Source of the DNA: a virus
DNA: 40,716 nucleotides
UHGV virus genome: UHGV-0322864
Strand: one strand, 5' to 3'
Shown: positions 1 to 9,916 of the stretch, piece by piece
Position numbering within the stretch: the stretch's first letter is position 1
Layout: each line of letters begins with the position of its first letter
The notes under the pieces: model-generated
The model's input: the letters and a program-made list of their open reading frames with translations, nothing else
Databases searched by the model: none
Told to the model about the DNA's origin: nothing
Position numbers and translations under genes: made by a program

Positions 1-247
1 CACCAATACCTTTAGCAAGGTTAGCAGAGATATTAGCACTGCCGGACTGAAGAGCATTTGACACACCTTGAGTAAACTCACCTATAGCACCACGTTCTTC
101 TTGTTGTGATTGTGCTACTGGCTGTTCCTCAGGAATAGAGCCACCTGCTGCCTTATATTGTTCTCTCATTCGAGCTTGTTGCTCCGGAGAGGCATTCAGA
201 TACGCAGGAGCTTTGGAAGCTTCTTCCCACGGTTTAATGTTAGCCAT
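1..247 (-). CDS. hypothetical virion protein, N-terminal part only (gene runs past window start)
   Basis: Minus-strand ATG near 245-247 preceded by AAAGGAG; frame open to position 1; begins MANIKPWEEASKAPAYLNASPEQQ; continues the structural operon. Confidence 0.45.
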   Translation of the reverse strand, partial: MANIKPWEEASKAPAYLNASPEQQARMREQYKAAGGSIPEEQPVAQSQQEERGAIGEFTQGVSNALQSGSANISANLAKGIG

Positions 248-260
248 AACGTCTCCTTTT

Positions 261-308
261 ATAAATAAAAATGTCCTACCCCCTATATACATTATAGAAG
301 GCAGGACT
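261..308 (-). terminator. terminator-like hairpin plus U-tract after the 549-aa gene
   Basis: Minus-strand stem GTCCTGCC/GGTAGGAC (one mismatch) followed by AUUUUUAUUUAU. Confidence 0.4.
285..293 (-). promoter_or_regulatory. TAATGTATA motif (candidate phage middle/late promoter element)
   Basis: Exact 9-mer on the minus strand ~38 nt upstream of the ATG at 247, inside the loop of a terminator-like hairpin. Confidence 0.4.
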
Positions 309-314
309 TAGGTC

Positions 315-1964
315 TTATTGAGTGAACCAGCTAGTGTCTTCGACAGCTGATAAAGCACCATTCAGTTTAGGATTGGTTGCTGCACCACCAACTGCTTCTT
401 CTGCTTGTTCAGAGAAAACACCTAGAGGGTCGTAGAAACCACCAGAAGGGATTGCACGGTTAACCAATGCAGTAGCTCTCTTCTTATCCATACCAGAACC
501 GATGTAAGCTTCAATCGTAGCTCTCTTAGCATCAGCAACACCTTTCATTGCAGAGGTGTGACCAACGTTAGCTTGCTTACGAGCATAAGCAAGAGCAGCA
601 TCAGTAGGACGCCATCCAGATTTCAGTGCAAACTTGTTGCCAACACGAACGAAGATTGATGGGTCTTCCGCAAAGTGCCCCAAGTCTTCTTCGGTAAGAG
701 AACGAGTAGCACCGATTTCAGCCCTTGCGGAGTTCATGATAGCCTGCATGTAAGCAGAACGAGCTGTCTGATAGTCTTTATCCTTAACAGCCTTATCAGC
801 CAAATCCAAGTCTTTGTTAGACTGGTTAAACAGGCCACCTTTCTCTGCCCACTGCTTAGCAACCGTACCTTCAGCTGTATTCTGAGCAAGACGAACTTCT
901 TTCGGGTTAAAGTTAAAACTCTGAGCAGCTTGTTCAGCACGTTCAGCCTTAACCTTATCACGATAGCCAATCAACTCTTTCTGACGTTCAAAGTTCATAT
1001 TAGCTCTTTCTTCAGCAGCACGACGAGTTTCATCAGCACGCTCACGCATAGTCTGCTCTTGAATCTGTTGACGTCTATCCCATTCAGCATTCTGTCGTTC
1101 TTCACGAGCAGCATACAGCGCTTCTTTCTGAGCAGGGTCTACAGCTCTCATCTTCAGTAGAGATGGGTCTCCGTTAGCAATAGCAGCTGCGATCGAGTCT
1201 TGAGAGAAGCCTTGTTCAATCAGAGCATCACGGTTAGCTTCCAGTTGCTTCTTAGTCTCATCTTGATTAGCCATTCCCTGACCAATCTGGAAAGCTTCAA
1301 TAGGAGACTTACCTGACATAATGGAAAGACCTACACCCATCAAACCTGTGTAGAAACTAGAGTTCTGATAGAATGGTTCTTTCTGTAGCTTGTTCCAAGC
1401 TTCCGAAGGGTCTTTAGCTTTCGCAACTTGCAAGATATCGTTGTTAACACGTTCCTGATCTTTAGCACGAGTAGCGGCAGTCATTCCATCACCAGCGTCT
1501 TGTCCTTGAGCAAGAGTATTAATCACACCTTGTGCCTGTTCCACCTGAGAAGGAGTAAACTCCATAGGACCAGCTTCTAACGGTTTAGTAGGAGGTGTTA
1601 CCGGAAGAGGTTCTGATTCTGGAGGAATAGAAGAAGGAGAAAGTCCAGCAGCTTGCATGGTTTCTTGATTCTCAAACTCAGGAAGAGTTACAGCCTGTTG
1701 TGCTTGAGGTTGTACATCATTTGGGATATCAGAAGGAAGACCATTACTCTGAACAGGATTCAACATATTCTGATAATCTACTGAAGTTTGACCTACAAGA
1801 GAGGAAAGCCCAGCAGGTATAGCAGGACGTTGATACATAGAAATATCTGCTGTCTGAGTTGGTCTAGCCATATAAGGAGAGGCCGAAGCCGCTCCCGGAT
1901 TAACACCATAGAAAGTATTTCTCGGGTCACGACTTCTGACCTGAGCGTAAGTTGTCTGTTGCAT
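315..1964 (-). CDS. hypothetical virion/internal protein (549 aa)
   Basis: Long ORF in the late operon; charged coiled-coil-like middle (ERQNAEWDRRQQIQEQTMRERADETRRAAEE); no recognisable catalytic motif. Confidence 0.6.
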   Translation of the reverse strand: MQQTTYAQVRSRDPRNTFYGVNPGAASASPYMARPTQTADISMYQRPAIPAGLSSLVGQTSVDYQNMLNPVQSNGLPSDIPNDVQPQAQQAVTLPEFENQETMQAAGLSPSSIPPESEPLPVTPPTKPLEAGPMEFTPSQVEQAQGVINTLAQGQDAGDGMTAATRAKDQERVNNDILQVAKAKDPSEAWNKLQKEPFYQNSSFYTGLMGVGLSIMSGKSPIEAFQIGQGMANQDETKKQLEANRDALIEQGFSQDSIAAAIANGDPSLLKMRAVDPAQKEALYAAREERQNAEWDRRQQIQEQTMRERADETRRAAEERANMNFERQKELIGYRDKVKAERAEQAAQSFNFNPKEVRLAQNTAEGTVAKQWAEKGGLFNQSNKDLDLADKAVKDKDYQTARSAYMQAIMNSARAEIGATRSLTEEDLGHFAEDPSIFVRVGNKFALKSGWRPTDAALAYARKQANVGHTSAMKGVADAKRATIEAYIGSGMDKKRATALVNRAIPSGGFYDPLGVFSEQAEEAVGGAATNPKLNGALSAVEDTSWFTQ

Positions 1965-1977
1965 ATTTGTCTCCTAA

Positions 1978-2946
1978 TTAAGTACTAGCCAACCCACCGA
2001 TTACACCCCCAGCTAATGCACCCCAAGGTCCAAAGGAAGAGCCTGCTGCTGCACCACTCATACCCCCTCCTAAGAAGCCACCCCTACCTCCAGATGTTTT
2101 AGTAGTTGTAGTTTGTCCGAGAGCACCGTTAAGTACACCTGCTGCACCGAGTTGGTTATTGATATCTTGCCATCCCCAATTAGCTGCGTTCTGAGCATTC
2201 TGGTAGGCATTATCATATTCATTCTGTTGTTGCTGTTGTTGCTGCAATCCTGCATTCCATTGATTCATTATTTGCTGTTGAGACAAATTAGCACCCTGCT
2301 GACCTAGGTTAGAAAGGTTAGAACCAATATTAGAAAGACCTGAGAGAGCAGCTGCTTGATTCTGTCTATTACCAGAGAGGATGCTTTCAGCTTGGCTAAT
2401 AGCCGAGTTATAGGCACTGTTGGTAATATCTGTTGCTTGGCCTTGCATCTGATTCAGAGCATCACCTTGGGCAAAAGATTTAGCCATACGAGCACCTGAA
2501 CCTTGCTGACCAGCAAACTGTTGAGCTAATTGAGGAAGAGCATTACGTGCCAAGTTCTGTTGAACCTGTTCATTATTAGCGGTAATGGCTGCTTGCACAG
2601 CATCATCGTCATACAGTTGACCAGCGAGAGCACCAATCTGTTCTCCAGTAATCCCACCTTGTCCAGAGAGGCTCTGGTAGCCTTTATAGGCATTATCCAG
2701 ATAACCCAACCCTTGACCTGCTGCATCCATATATTGCTGCGAGAGAGTCCCTAAAGCACCGGATTGAGCCAAATTATTAAGGGCTTCTGTCTGGTTGTTA
2801 TTAAATCCTACGTTGTCACGATAGACATAATCCCCTGAACTAGTATTACCAATCTGCTGGTTAAGCTGGTCAATATACTGTTGAATATATTCAGGGCGAA
2901 TCATTTGGGAAGTAGTTTTACTACCCCCTCCTCCGAAAAGTCCCAT
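1978..2946 (-). CDS. Q/N/G-rich low-complexity protein with glycine-zipper C-terminus (candidate ejection protein), paralog 1
   Basis: 322-aa ORF starting MGLFGGGGSKTT; Q/N/A/G-rich throughout; C-terminal GGFLGGGMSGAAAGSSFGPWGALAGGVIGGLAST. Confidence 0.6.
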   Translation of the reverse strand: MGLFGGGGSKTTSQMIRPEYIQQYIDQLNQQIGNTSSGDYVYRDNVGFNNNQTEALNNLAQSGALGTLSQQYMDAAGQGLGYLDNAYKGYQSLSGQGGITGEQIGALAGQLYDDDAVQAAITANNEQVQQNLARNALPQLAQQFAGQQGSGARMAKSFAQGDALNQMQGQATDITNSAYNSAISQAESILSGNRQNQAAALSGLSNIGSNLSNLGQQGANLSQQQIMNQWNAGLQQQQQQQNEYDNAYQNAQNAANWGWQDINNQLGAAGVLNGALGQTTTTKTSGGRGGFLGGGMSGAAAGSSFGPWGALAGGVIGGLAST

Positions 2947-2958
2947 ATCAAATCTCCT

Positions 2959-4011
2959 TTAGTTTGCTCCAAATGCCCCTAAGACACCACCTAAGATATT
3001 ACTACCTGCTGTGGATAACCAGTTAGACTGACCTCTCTGTTGAGAAAGATTAGAACCTCCAATCATAGGTCCAGCCATTCCAGATTGCCCACCTGAGTTG
3101 TTATAGGAACTCCAAGCATTCTGAGTCTGTTGGTTAGGAGAGAAAGCACCCATACGACCTGCAATACCTAAACCAGTGATACCAGCACCTAGGAGCTGTT
3201 GTCCAGTATTGACTCCCGGAGCAGCATTCTTAATCGTGTACCCAGCCATTGGACTTACACTGTTTAATACATTAAGCTGATTGTTAAGCTGATTCCACCC
3301 ATACTGCTGAGAGCCAATAGCGTTCTGCCAATTAATATCAGCTTGAGCTTGAGCTTGTTGCTGTTGAAGATTACCAGCCATCAGCTGATTCTGAATAGCT
3401 TGTTGAGTTGCCTGAACACCTTGAGCACCAAGATTGAGATTCTGTCCAGCCAATCCTGACTGAGCGCCAAGTAAGCCTCTCTGGAAGTTTTGATCTTGTT
3501 GAAGAGCGCTGATTCCCATATTCTTGCCACTGATAGTACGAGCTAAGTTTGTATTAGCACTGTTCAGAGCAGCACCTTGAGCAGCAGCTCTACGGAGAGA
3601 GCCTGAATCAGAACCATTTCCGAGAGATACATTGGAAGCTGCCTTACTAGTCGCTTGAGCAAGAGCTGAGTTATTCAAACCTTTACTAAAGTTATTAACC
3701 CCTTCAGCCGTTACTCCACCGCCATTAACAATATTCTGATACTGTTGAGCAAGGGAGTTGAGTTGGTCCAAACCTTGCTGTGTACGAGGTGTGTACATAT
3801 CAGCCAATTGCTTTTGAGTTGTAGAAGCTGCTAAGTTATTCAGAGCACCTTGTTGGTTGCCATTAAACCCAGCCAGCTGTTGGGAGATGAATCCCGGATC
3901 GTTGTTCTGCATATTCTGAGCATTAGCAACAATCTGCTTCAGCAGGGCATCAACCTGAGAGGAAGGGGCCACTGTGGTTTTGCTAGAAGCTGATTTTCCA
4001 AATAAAGACAT
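2959..4011 (-). CDS. Q/N/G-rich low-complexity protein with glycine-zipper C-terminus, paralog 2
   Basis: 350-aa ORF starting MSLFGKSASSKTT; same composition and C-terminal glycine-rich hydrophobic tail (ILGGVLGAFGAN) as the neighbouring ORF. Confidence 0.6.
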   Translation of the reverse strand: MSLFGKSASSKTTVAPSSQVDALLKQIVANAQNMQNNDPGFISQQLAGFNGNQQGALNNLAASTTQKQLADMYTPRTQQGLDQLNSLAQQYQNIVNGGGVTAEGVNNFSKGLNNSALAQATSKAASNVSLGNGSDSGSLRRAAAQGAALNSANTNLARTISGKNMGISALQQDQNFQRGLLGAQSGLAGQNLNLGAQGVQATQQAIQNQLMAGNLQQQQAQAQADINWQNAIGSQQYGWNQLNNQLNVLNSVSPMAGYTIKNAAPGVNTGQQLLGAGITGLGIAGRMGAFSPNQQTQNAWSSYNNSGGQSGMAGPMIGGSNLSQQRGQSNWLSTAGSNILGGVLGAFGAN

Positions 4012-4030
4012 AAGTCCTCCTTAAAGATTA

Positions 4031-4813
4031 TTACTTTACACCAATGCTAGCTAAACGTCTGAGCACTGCTTGTGTTTGTGGACTGTACTGAGAACCTGCT
4101 GCATGTGGTGCACTTGCCCTCTGAACTGTTTGAGAAGTAGGAGGTTTACCGGCAAGCATAGCAGCTACCCCTAATACTGCATTACCAAAGTTCTGTTGAG
4201 GCTTCTGGTTTTTACCTTCCTGCACTTCATCAGAGTAAAACTCTACTGGATTTCCGCCTAAAGCACCTGTCTTAGAAGCAGCAATCTCTGCCTGAGTTGG
4301 CGCTTGTGCGGCCTTCTCTCTATCTAACAAGTCAGGACTAAACTGATTGACTGGTTGAACAGCTTGCAAAGCTCCAACAGGGTTCGCAATCTGAGAAGCT
4401 GCATCACCATAGAAAGGAAGAAAGTGTTTATTGTTCATGGAGTCAAGAGCTTGTGGAGTAAACCCCTTTTTACCAGCGAACATTTGCTTAGCACCACCGA
4501 TACCCTCTGAGTAACCAACCATTGCTTTCTTGACATCACCATTAAAAGCCTTTAAGTTATCTCTAATATAACGAGCACCCATATCAATATTCTTTGCTGG
4601 GTCAAGTCTGTCTTCTAGTTTGTAACCGTAGTCTTTAGCCAATCCTTTACTGATCTGCATTAAACCTACAGGACCAGTTCCAGAAGCCGCTGTAGGACGA
4701 CCACTAGACTCTCTTTGGATTACAGCATGAATCAAAGCAGCAGGAATCCTATACTTCTTTGAAGCCTGTTGAACCATTGGGTCTAGTTCTTCAATACCCA
4801 TTTTAATTGCCAT
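4031..4813 (-). CDS. soluble lytic transglycosylase (SLT) domain protein, likely virion-associated
   Basis: N-terminal motif AALIHAVIQRESSGRPTAASGTGPVGLMQISKGLAKDYGY matches the SLT catalytic-Glu signature (ExxxQRESS...GLMQ); sits among structural genes. Confidence 0.8.
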   Translation of the reverse strand: MAIKMGIEELDPMVQQASKKYRIPAALIHAVIQRESSGRPTAASGTGPVGLMQISKGLAKDYGYKLEDRLDPAKNIDMGARYIRDNLKAFNGDVKKAMVGYSEGIGGAKQMFAGKKGFTPQALDSMNNKHFLPFYGDAASQIANPVGALQAVQPVNQFSPDLLDREKAAQAPTQAEIAASKTGALGGNPVEFYSDEVQEGKNQKPQQNFGNAVLGVAAMLAGKPPTSQTVQRASAPHAAGSQYSPQTQAVLRRLASIGVK

Positions 4814-4825
4814 AATATCTCCTTG

Positions 4826-5857
4826 TTATAGTCCAGCAAAAACTTTAGCTGCATTAATTACAGGCATAGATAAATTGACCACAGTATCAGATCCCAAGTC
4901 GTAATTCTGATCCCATTGGAAAAGATATCTCCCATAACCAGTCCCTACACTAGAACCAGCCATTGTGTGAGATCTCATCTGTTGATATCTCCAACCACTT
5001 CCTCGACCTTTTATAGCCCCTATACCAGAGGACAGAGGTATCATAGGGTAAGCCATTCCTGTGTTACCTCCACCCGAACCTATAAAGTTATCAATAGTAA
5101 AAGGTGTTCTATTTGTTGAGAATACACATTGTGTAGTTCCCGGTGAGTAGATATTCAAACCACCATTGTGCTCAGGAACTCCAGCACCATTGCAAAATAC
5201 TGCAACCCTAGCAAATACGGAACCACCTTCGTTGGTGTTTCCATTAACGTATGGACGGTTTTGATAAACCCGTATAACCCTGTCACCAGAAGTATAAGAT
5301 AACCCTAAACCTCCATCAGACCAGTTAGCAAAAACTACAGCATTGGGCATATAGAATCCACCTATATCTGGAATCTGTAGAGCATTATTTATTGTTCCTT
5401 GCCAAGCCCAAATACACTGACCAACAACCCCAGCATCTGATATAGAGAAATAATCAGCTGTATTAGAAAAAGTTATGCCGTAGTTCCTATCAGCTCTAGG
5501 CCAGATTTGATAAACATTAAAACCACAATCAAAAAGAGGATTACTTCCGGGGTTCTGATTTAGGTTGACACGGAAAGATGTGTTATTTTCTACATAAATA
5601 CTACTTACACAATAAACATCTGGAACGAGGTTTGGTGGAACCTCCCATTGCCAACAAAGAGATCCTGTTGGGACAATAACAATCTGACCAGAACCATCCC
5701 ACCCACTAATAGGGAAGGATCTTCCACCACCGTTGAAGTTGAAACTACCGCTTATGGTGTTCTTTATCTGAGGGAAGGTGCTCCCACTATCAATAAAAAG
5801 AGGAGCAGGGGAAGCTGGCCCCGGCCCTACTGGTTGTGCCCAAATTCCATATGCCAT
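4826..5857 (-). CDS. hypothetical structural protein (possible receptor-binding tip protein)
   Basis: 343-aa G/S/N-rich ORF, predicted beta-rich, translationally coupled to the upstream fibre-like gene. Confidence 0.5.
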   Translation of the reverse strand: MAYGIWAQPVGPGPASPAPLFIDSGSTFPQIKNTISGSFNFNGGGRSFPISGWDGSGQIVIVPTGSLCWQWEVPPNLVPDVYCVSSIYVENNTSFRVNLNQNPGSNPLFDCGFNVYQIWPRADRNYGITFSNTADYFSISDAGVVGQCIWAWQGTINNALQIPDIGGFYMPNAVVFANWSDGGLGLSYTSGDRVIRVYQNRPYVNGNTNEGGSVFARVAVFCNGAGVPEHNGGLNIYSPGTTQCVFSTNRTPFTIDNFIGSGGGNTGMAYPMIPLSSGIGAIKGRGSGWRYQQMRSHTMAGSSVGTGYGRYLFQWDQNYDLGSDTVVNLSMPVINAAKVFAGL

Positions 5858-5858
5858 A

Positions 5859-6830
5859 TTACCAACTCCCTATTCTGATTCTCAAAGCACCGCTTCCATC
5901 ATAGAAATCAATCCTGTTTCCATTCATCCAGAGTTGTGCCCCACCTGTACCGCCCATAACAAAGTCACCACCAACAGTGAGCCTCCAGTTAGAACCCCAC
6001 ATAGAACCAGCAGTGATTTTATCCGCTGACAAGTTCTGAATCTGGGCGTTGGAGATGGATACGTTATCAATCTGTGCCCATTGAATTCTAGCGTTAGCAA
6101 TCTGAGCTGTTGTGATATTGACGTTCTTTATATCAGCGAATTCCATCCTAGCTCGCCCACCTTCAAACACGAAGGGAGTGTTACCAGAGTTGCCATCACC
6201 AACAATAAATTTGTTAGCTGTTACTTGGAATTGACTGTTTGTTCCGTTGTTAGTTAATTTGACCCCAGCATATCTTCCGTTGACTGTTGAGTTGACTCCC
6301 CATGTAGCTTCATATTCAGAAAGCTTCATATACTGAGAGAGGCTTCCATTAATATTTTGAATCTCTGTCTGAACTAAAGCAATCTCTTGACCTTGGTCGT
6401 TAACAATCCCTTCTACCGTTTGAATCTTAGTTGTATTGCCTTCAATACTTGTTTTAAAGCCAGATACAGTACTTTCTAATTTTACAGGAGGTTGAACAGA
6501 ATTATCCCAAATATCTTCAGTGGAGAGATTCCCCATCTGTGTTTGGATATCGGCAATAGCTGTCTCTATCTCTGTAGTAATTCTATTCTCAAGCTCATCG
6601 AATTGTAAGTTCATCGCATGAAGAGCTTTGATACGAACATCAATCTCGTCGTGAATCTCGTCAATAGCTTGGAACATTTGGTTAGTAGCTGTACTGACTT
6701 TTTGTAATTCATCATACACGGCTACGTTATATGTTTCTGTGTCCTGTACATTATTGAGAAACCCAACGTTGTACGGGAGTGTGGTGTTGTTACGACCTGT
6801 ATTCTTTCTAAATCCTCCAGCACCCATTCC
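5859..6830 (-). CDS. tail fibre-like protein
   Basis: ORF track gives 5859..6875; the first Met preceded by an SD (AAGGAGG, 9 nt spacing) is MGAGGFRKNTGR near 6830; coiled-coil segment then repetitive NITTAQIANARIQWAQIDNVSISNAQIQNLSADKI typical of fibre shafts. Confidence 0.55.
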   Translation of the reverse strand, partial: GMGAGGFRKNTGRNNTTLPYNVGFLNNVQDTETYNVAVYDELQKVSTATNQMFQAIDEIHDEIDVRIKALHAMNLQFDELENRITTEIETAIADIQTQMGNLSTEDIWDNSVQPPVKLESTVSGFKTSIEGNTTKIQTVEGIVNDQGQEIALVQTEIQNINGSLSQYMKLSEYEATWGVNSTVNGRYAGVKLTNNGTNSQFQVTANKFIVGDGNSGNTPFVFEGGRARMEFADIKNVNITTAQIANARIQWAQIDNVSISNAQIQNLSADKITAGSMWGSNWRLTVGGDFVMGGTGGAQLWMNGNRIDFYDGSGALRIRIGSW

Positions 6831-6855
6831 ATAATCCCTCCTTGCTAGATAATCT

Positions 6856-6885
6856 AAAAACAATAAAAGGGGCACGAAGCCCCTT
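6856..6885 (-). terminator. intrinsic terminator after the 1005-aa gene
   Basis: Minus-strand GGGGC-UUCGU-GCCCC followed by UUUUAUUGUUUUU. Confidence 0.6.
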
Positions 6886-6889
6886 GTTA

Positions 6890-9800
6890 TTATCTTCGTC
6901 CGCCAACAGCAAACTCTATCGTTAACCCATTGATAGCAGCATTACTGTTAACATCATTATCTATAACATTATAGAAAAGGTATGGATGGTTCAGTCTCAC
7001 AGAGACATGCCTGTCAACACCGATCGTGTATGTCTTAGATGTGTGTGGGTGTCCATATTCATTTGAGAATTGACTACCACCAGCTTCAAATATGTAAGTA
7101 CCTGAACCAGTTGTCTGAGGTCTGAACCTGTTGATATGTTTCTGATTCCATTCGTTAGTGATGTTATCAAAATCCATACCAGTTCTTTCTAACCTCATCT
7201 CCAGTGGTTTTTCTATAACCTTATCATTAAGCCTATCATAGAAGTAATCCAAAGCACCAACATCCACTTGATAGAATCCCCTCAAGAATGAACCTACTAT
7301 CGTAACCCTCTGTCTAAAGTTTGTTGCATCCTTTCTCCAAACAAGTTCTTTGATAGATGGGTCATCCCAAGTGATCTCTTGGAAGTCAGACCAGATTGGA
7401 CCTCTCTCTAAAACAGGAGGGTCAACCAGACCGATACACTGAGCATAAGGGATAGTACGGAAAGACCAAGTATCAAACTCATAATTCCATACAGCAGCTT
7501 TAGTGCAAGCGAAGCTTTCTTTCGGCTCTCCCGGACCTACATAGAGAACCCAAACTTCTTTCTTATCCTGATGCAAGTGTACTCGAGTAGCTAGAGGGTT
7601 AACCAGACAAACCTCGTTAATCAGCATGTTCTTAACACGGTTAGATGCAATTGACTTCTTGGTTGCACCATTGTGTAAGATCACATCGTTCTGAGTAACT
7701 ACGAAATGACTACCTTCTACTTCAACCACACACTCAGGAGCAAGGATACCAGAGTCATTAAAGAGTTTCTTGAACATCAGAGGTTGGTATGTGTTATTAG
7801 TTGGAGAACCAATATACGTTTCAAACTCTGTATAAACGAACAAGTAGTCTTTAAGAGGCAGGATATCAATCAAGCTACCATTAGAATCGGCTAGGTCAAT
7901 GTAACCAGCATACCCATTCTCTAGAGCCTGAGTCTGCCCTACGATGTTAGAAGCTAAGTCCGAAGACACAACTCGATCATAGGCAAAGTCATCCCACAGT
8001 GTAGGAGCCTTGTTCTCATTGGCAAAGTTAGACCAACGAAGACGAAGCGGATAGTTAGTGGTAACACCAGAAGCATTAGCCTCTCTCATATTCAGAGCAA
8101 AAAGACGGTTGTTAAAAGATCTCACTCTCTCACATTTCCAGTTAAACTTCTTGACTGAAGGGTTTCCATCATTATCAACAACTGTTTGCTCACCCCACCC
8201 CGGGAGGTCTACAAAGTATTCTGATTCGAATTCTTTTACCTGAGGAGTTTCATAGTGAGTTGTAGCAACTGCACAGTTAGAGATAACAGCGTGATACCAA
8301 GGGTAGTCATCAAAAGCATCATAATCTTTCTGAGTCATCTGGCTGACAGTACATGTTACGTTAATCTCTCCTTTACGAAGAGCAACCAGTTTGATAGATT
8401 TACCAGTAACTGAAGTTGTAGAAACATAACCAGTTTTATCAACAGACCACTGATAAGAGTACTCACCTTCTGGAGAAGCTGTGGCTGTAATGACAATCTC
8501 TTCACCAACATCAAGGGAGGCGCTGACAATATCTAAGGTTACAGACGACAAAGGGGTTGCCAGTAAAGAAGCTCTTGCAAAACCTTCAATGTCATTCACG
8601 TTAGAGTAGTCGTAGAAGTTGTTACCTTCATACATCCCTGACGTATCAATACCGGATGTAGGCTCAGCAAAATAAACCGTCTCTTCACTTTCAGGAGGAG
8701 TTACTACTTCTTCCTCTTGAGTTTCTACTGACTCTGACACAGGAGCGGCAAATGCCATAGCACTTGTTCTCATTGTCCTTCCAGCTAAATCCACACGTAC
8801 AGTACAGACAGCAACTCTGTTACCTTCTTCAGTGGTAGCTGTAATCTCAGTAAAACCAGCAAGCAGAGCGTTGATCGTCCCTTGTGTGCTAGTCCCTGAT
8901 ACTGTTGCAATATTTGGGTTAGAAGAGGTCCAAGTAATATTTTGATTAGGGGCGTTAGCAGGAGAAAGGGTGGCAGTTAAAATATACTGAGAACCTCTAC
9001 TCACAGTAACATCTGACTGGCTTAAAGAGATACTATCAATCTGAGGGATAGAAACAATCTCACAAGAAGCAGTCTTAGTCCCGTTATCAGCAGTGATTGT
9101 TACATTACCTTCTCCATTCGCTGTAATGACAGCAGTTAAAGAGTTGGCGTTAGGGGTTACAGATACAATAGAAGCGTTATTGCTGGACCAAGTTACAGGG
9201 GTTTTGCCAGTAACAGCCGTGAGGGTAGTAGTCCCTCCTTTACGAATTGTAACAGTATCTTGACTCAAGAAGATGCCTGAATCACCATCGATGATATTAA
9301 CAGCAATCTGAGCCACTACGGATTCATTGGCAGTAGAGATAGTTACTACAAGATTACCCTCTTTCTCAAAAGATGTTAGAGTAGCAAGTTTAGAGTCACT
9401 AGGGTCTACCGTAATACTTCCATAGGATGAGTTACTAACCTCCCAAATAAGATCGGTATTGTTAGCATCAGCAGGGAGAAGAGAAACCTCTAGATTCTTG
9501 GTCTGATTGAAGTTCATTGAGATAGTTGATTCTTTAGGAACGATCTGAGAAACAACTGGATAAATCTTAATTGAGGCAGAAGCCTTCTTAGTGACTGTAG
9601 CAACCTTACGGCTAATATCAGTCAAGCTTTCATCTGTCAGTTTATATAACTTCTTATCAGTACCTACAACAAGAAAGCTATTACCTGCGCTATAATAATC
9701 GAAAGGCATAGAAACGAAAGACAGAGGGGTTAAATCCTTATCTTCATCTACATAAGAAAGAGGGGCATTGCCCCCCGTCTTAAATACTCTCTGCTCAACA

Positions 9801-9907
9801 AATCGAGCATTTATAGCATTAGTGAAAGCATTAGGAGCTAAGTCTGTCGGAGCCTGATCAGCGATAACGCCTACAGCACCTAGTGACTTTATTGGATACA
9901 GCGCCAT
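6890..9907 (-). CDS. large virion structural protein with tandem Ig-like (Big_2-type) domains
   Basis: 1005-aa ORF; three consecutive ~90-aa segments with Big_2-like pattern (e.g. VTVSRGSQYILTATLSPANAPNQNITWTSSNPNIATV...TATTEEGNRVAVCTVRV). Confidence 0.7.
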   Translation of the reverse strand: MALYPIKSLGAVGVIADQAPTDLAPNAFTNAINARFVEQRVFKTGGNAPLSYVDEDKDLTPLSFVSMPFDYYSAGNSFLVVGTDKKLYKLTDESLTDISRKVATVTKKASASIKIYPVVSQIVPKESTISMNFNQTKNLEVSLLPADANNTDLIWEVSNSSYGSITVDPSDSKLATLTSFEKEGNLVVTISTANESVVAQIAVNIIDGDSGIFLSQDTVTIRKGGTTTLTAVTGKTPVTWSSNNASIVSVTPNANSLTAVITANGEGNVTITADNGTKTASCEIVSIPQIDSISLSQSDVTVSRGSQYILTATLSPANAPNQNITWTSSNPNIATVSGTSTQGTINALLAGFTEITATTEEGNRVAVCTVRVDLAGRTMRTSAMAFAAPVSESVETQEEEVVTPPESEETVYFAEPTSGIDTSGMYEGNNFYDYSNVNDIEGFARASLLATPLSSVTLDIVSASLDVGEEIVITATASPEGEYSYQWSVDKTGYVSTTSVTGKSIKLVALRKGEINVTCTVSQMTQKDYDAFDDYPWYHAVISNCAVATTHYETPQVKEFESEYFVDLPGWGEQTVVDNDGNPSVKKFNWKCERVRSFNNRLFALNMREANASGVTTNYPLRLRWSNFANENKAPTLWDDFAYDRVVSSDLASNIVGQTQALENGYAGYIDLADSNGSLIDILPLKDYLFVYTEFETYIGSPTNNTYQPLMFKKLFNDSGILAPECVVEVEGSHFVVTQNDVILHNGATKKSIASNRVKNMLINEVCLVNPLATRVHLHQDKKEVWVLYVGPGEPKESFACTKAAVWNYEFDTWSFRTIPYAQCIGLVDPPVLERGPIWSDFQEITWDDPSIKELVWRKDATNFRQRVTIVGSFLRGFYQVDVGALDYFYDRLNDKVIEKPLEMRLERTGMDFDNITNEWNQKHINRFRPQTTGSGTYIFEAGGSQFSNEYGHPHTSKTYTIGVDRHVSVRLNHPYLFYNVIDNDVNSNAAINGLTIEFAVGGRR

Positions 9908-9916
9908 AATTCCTCC

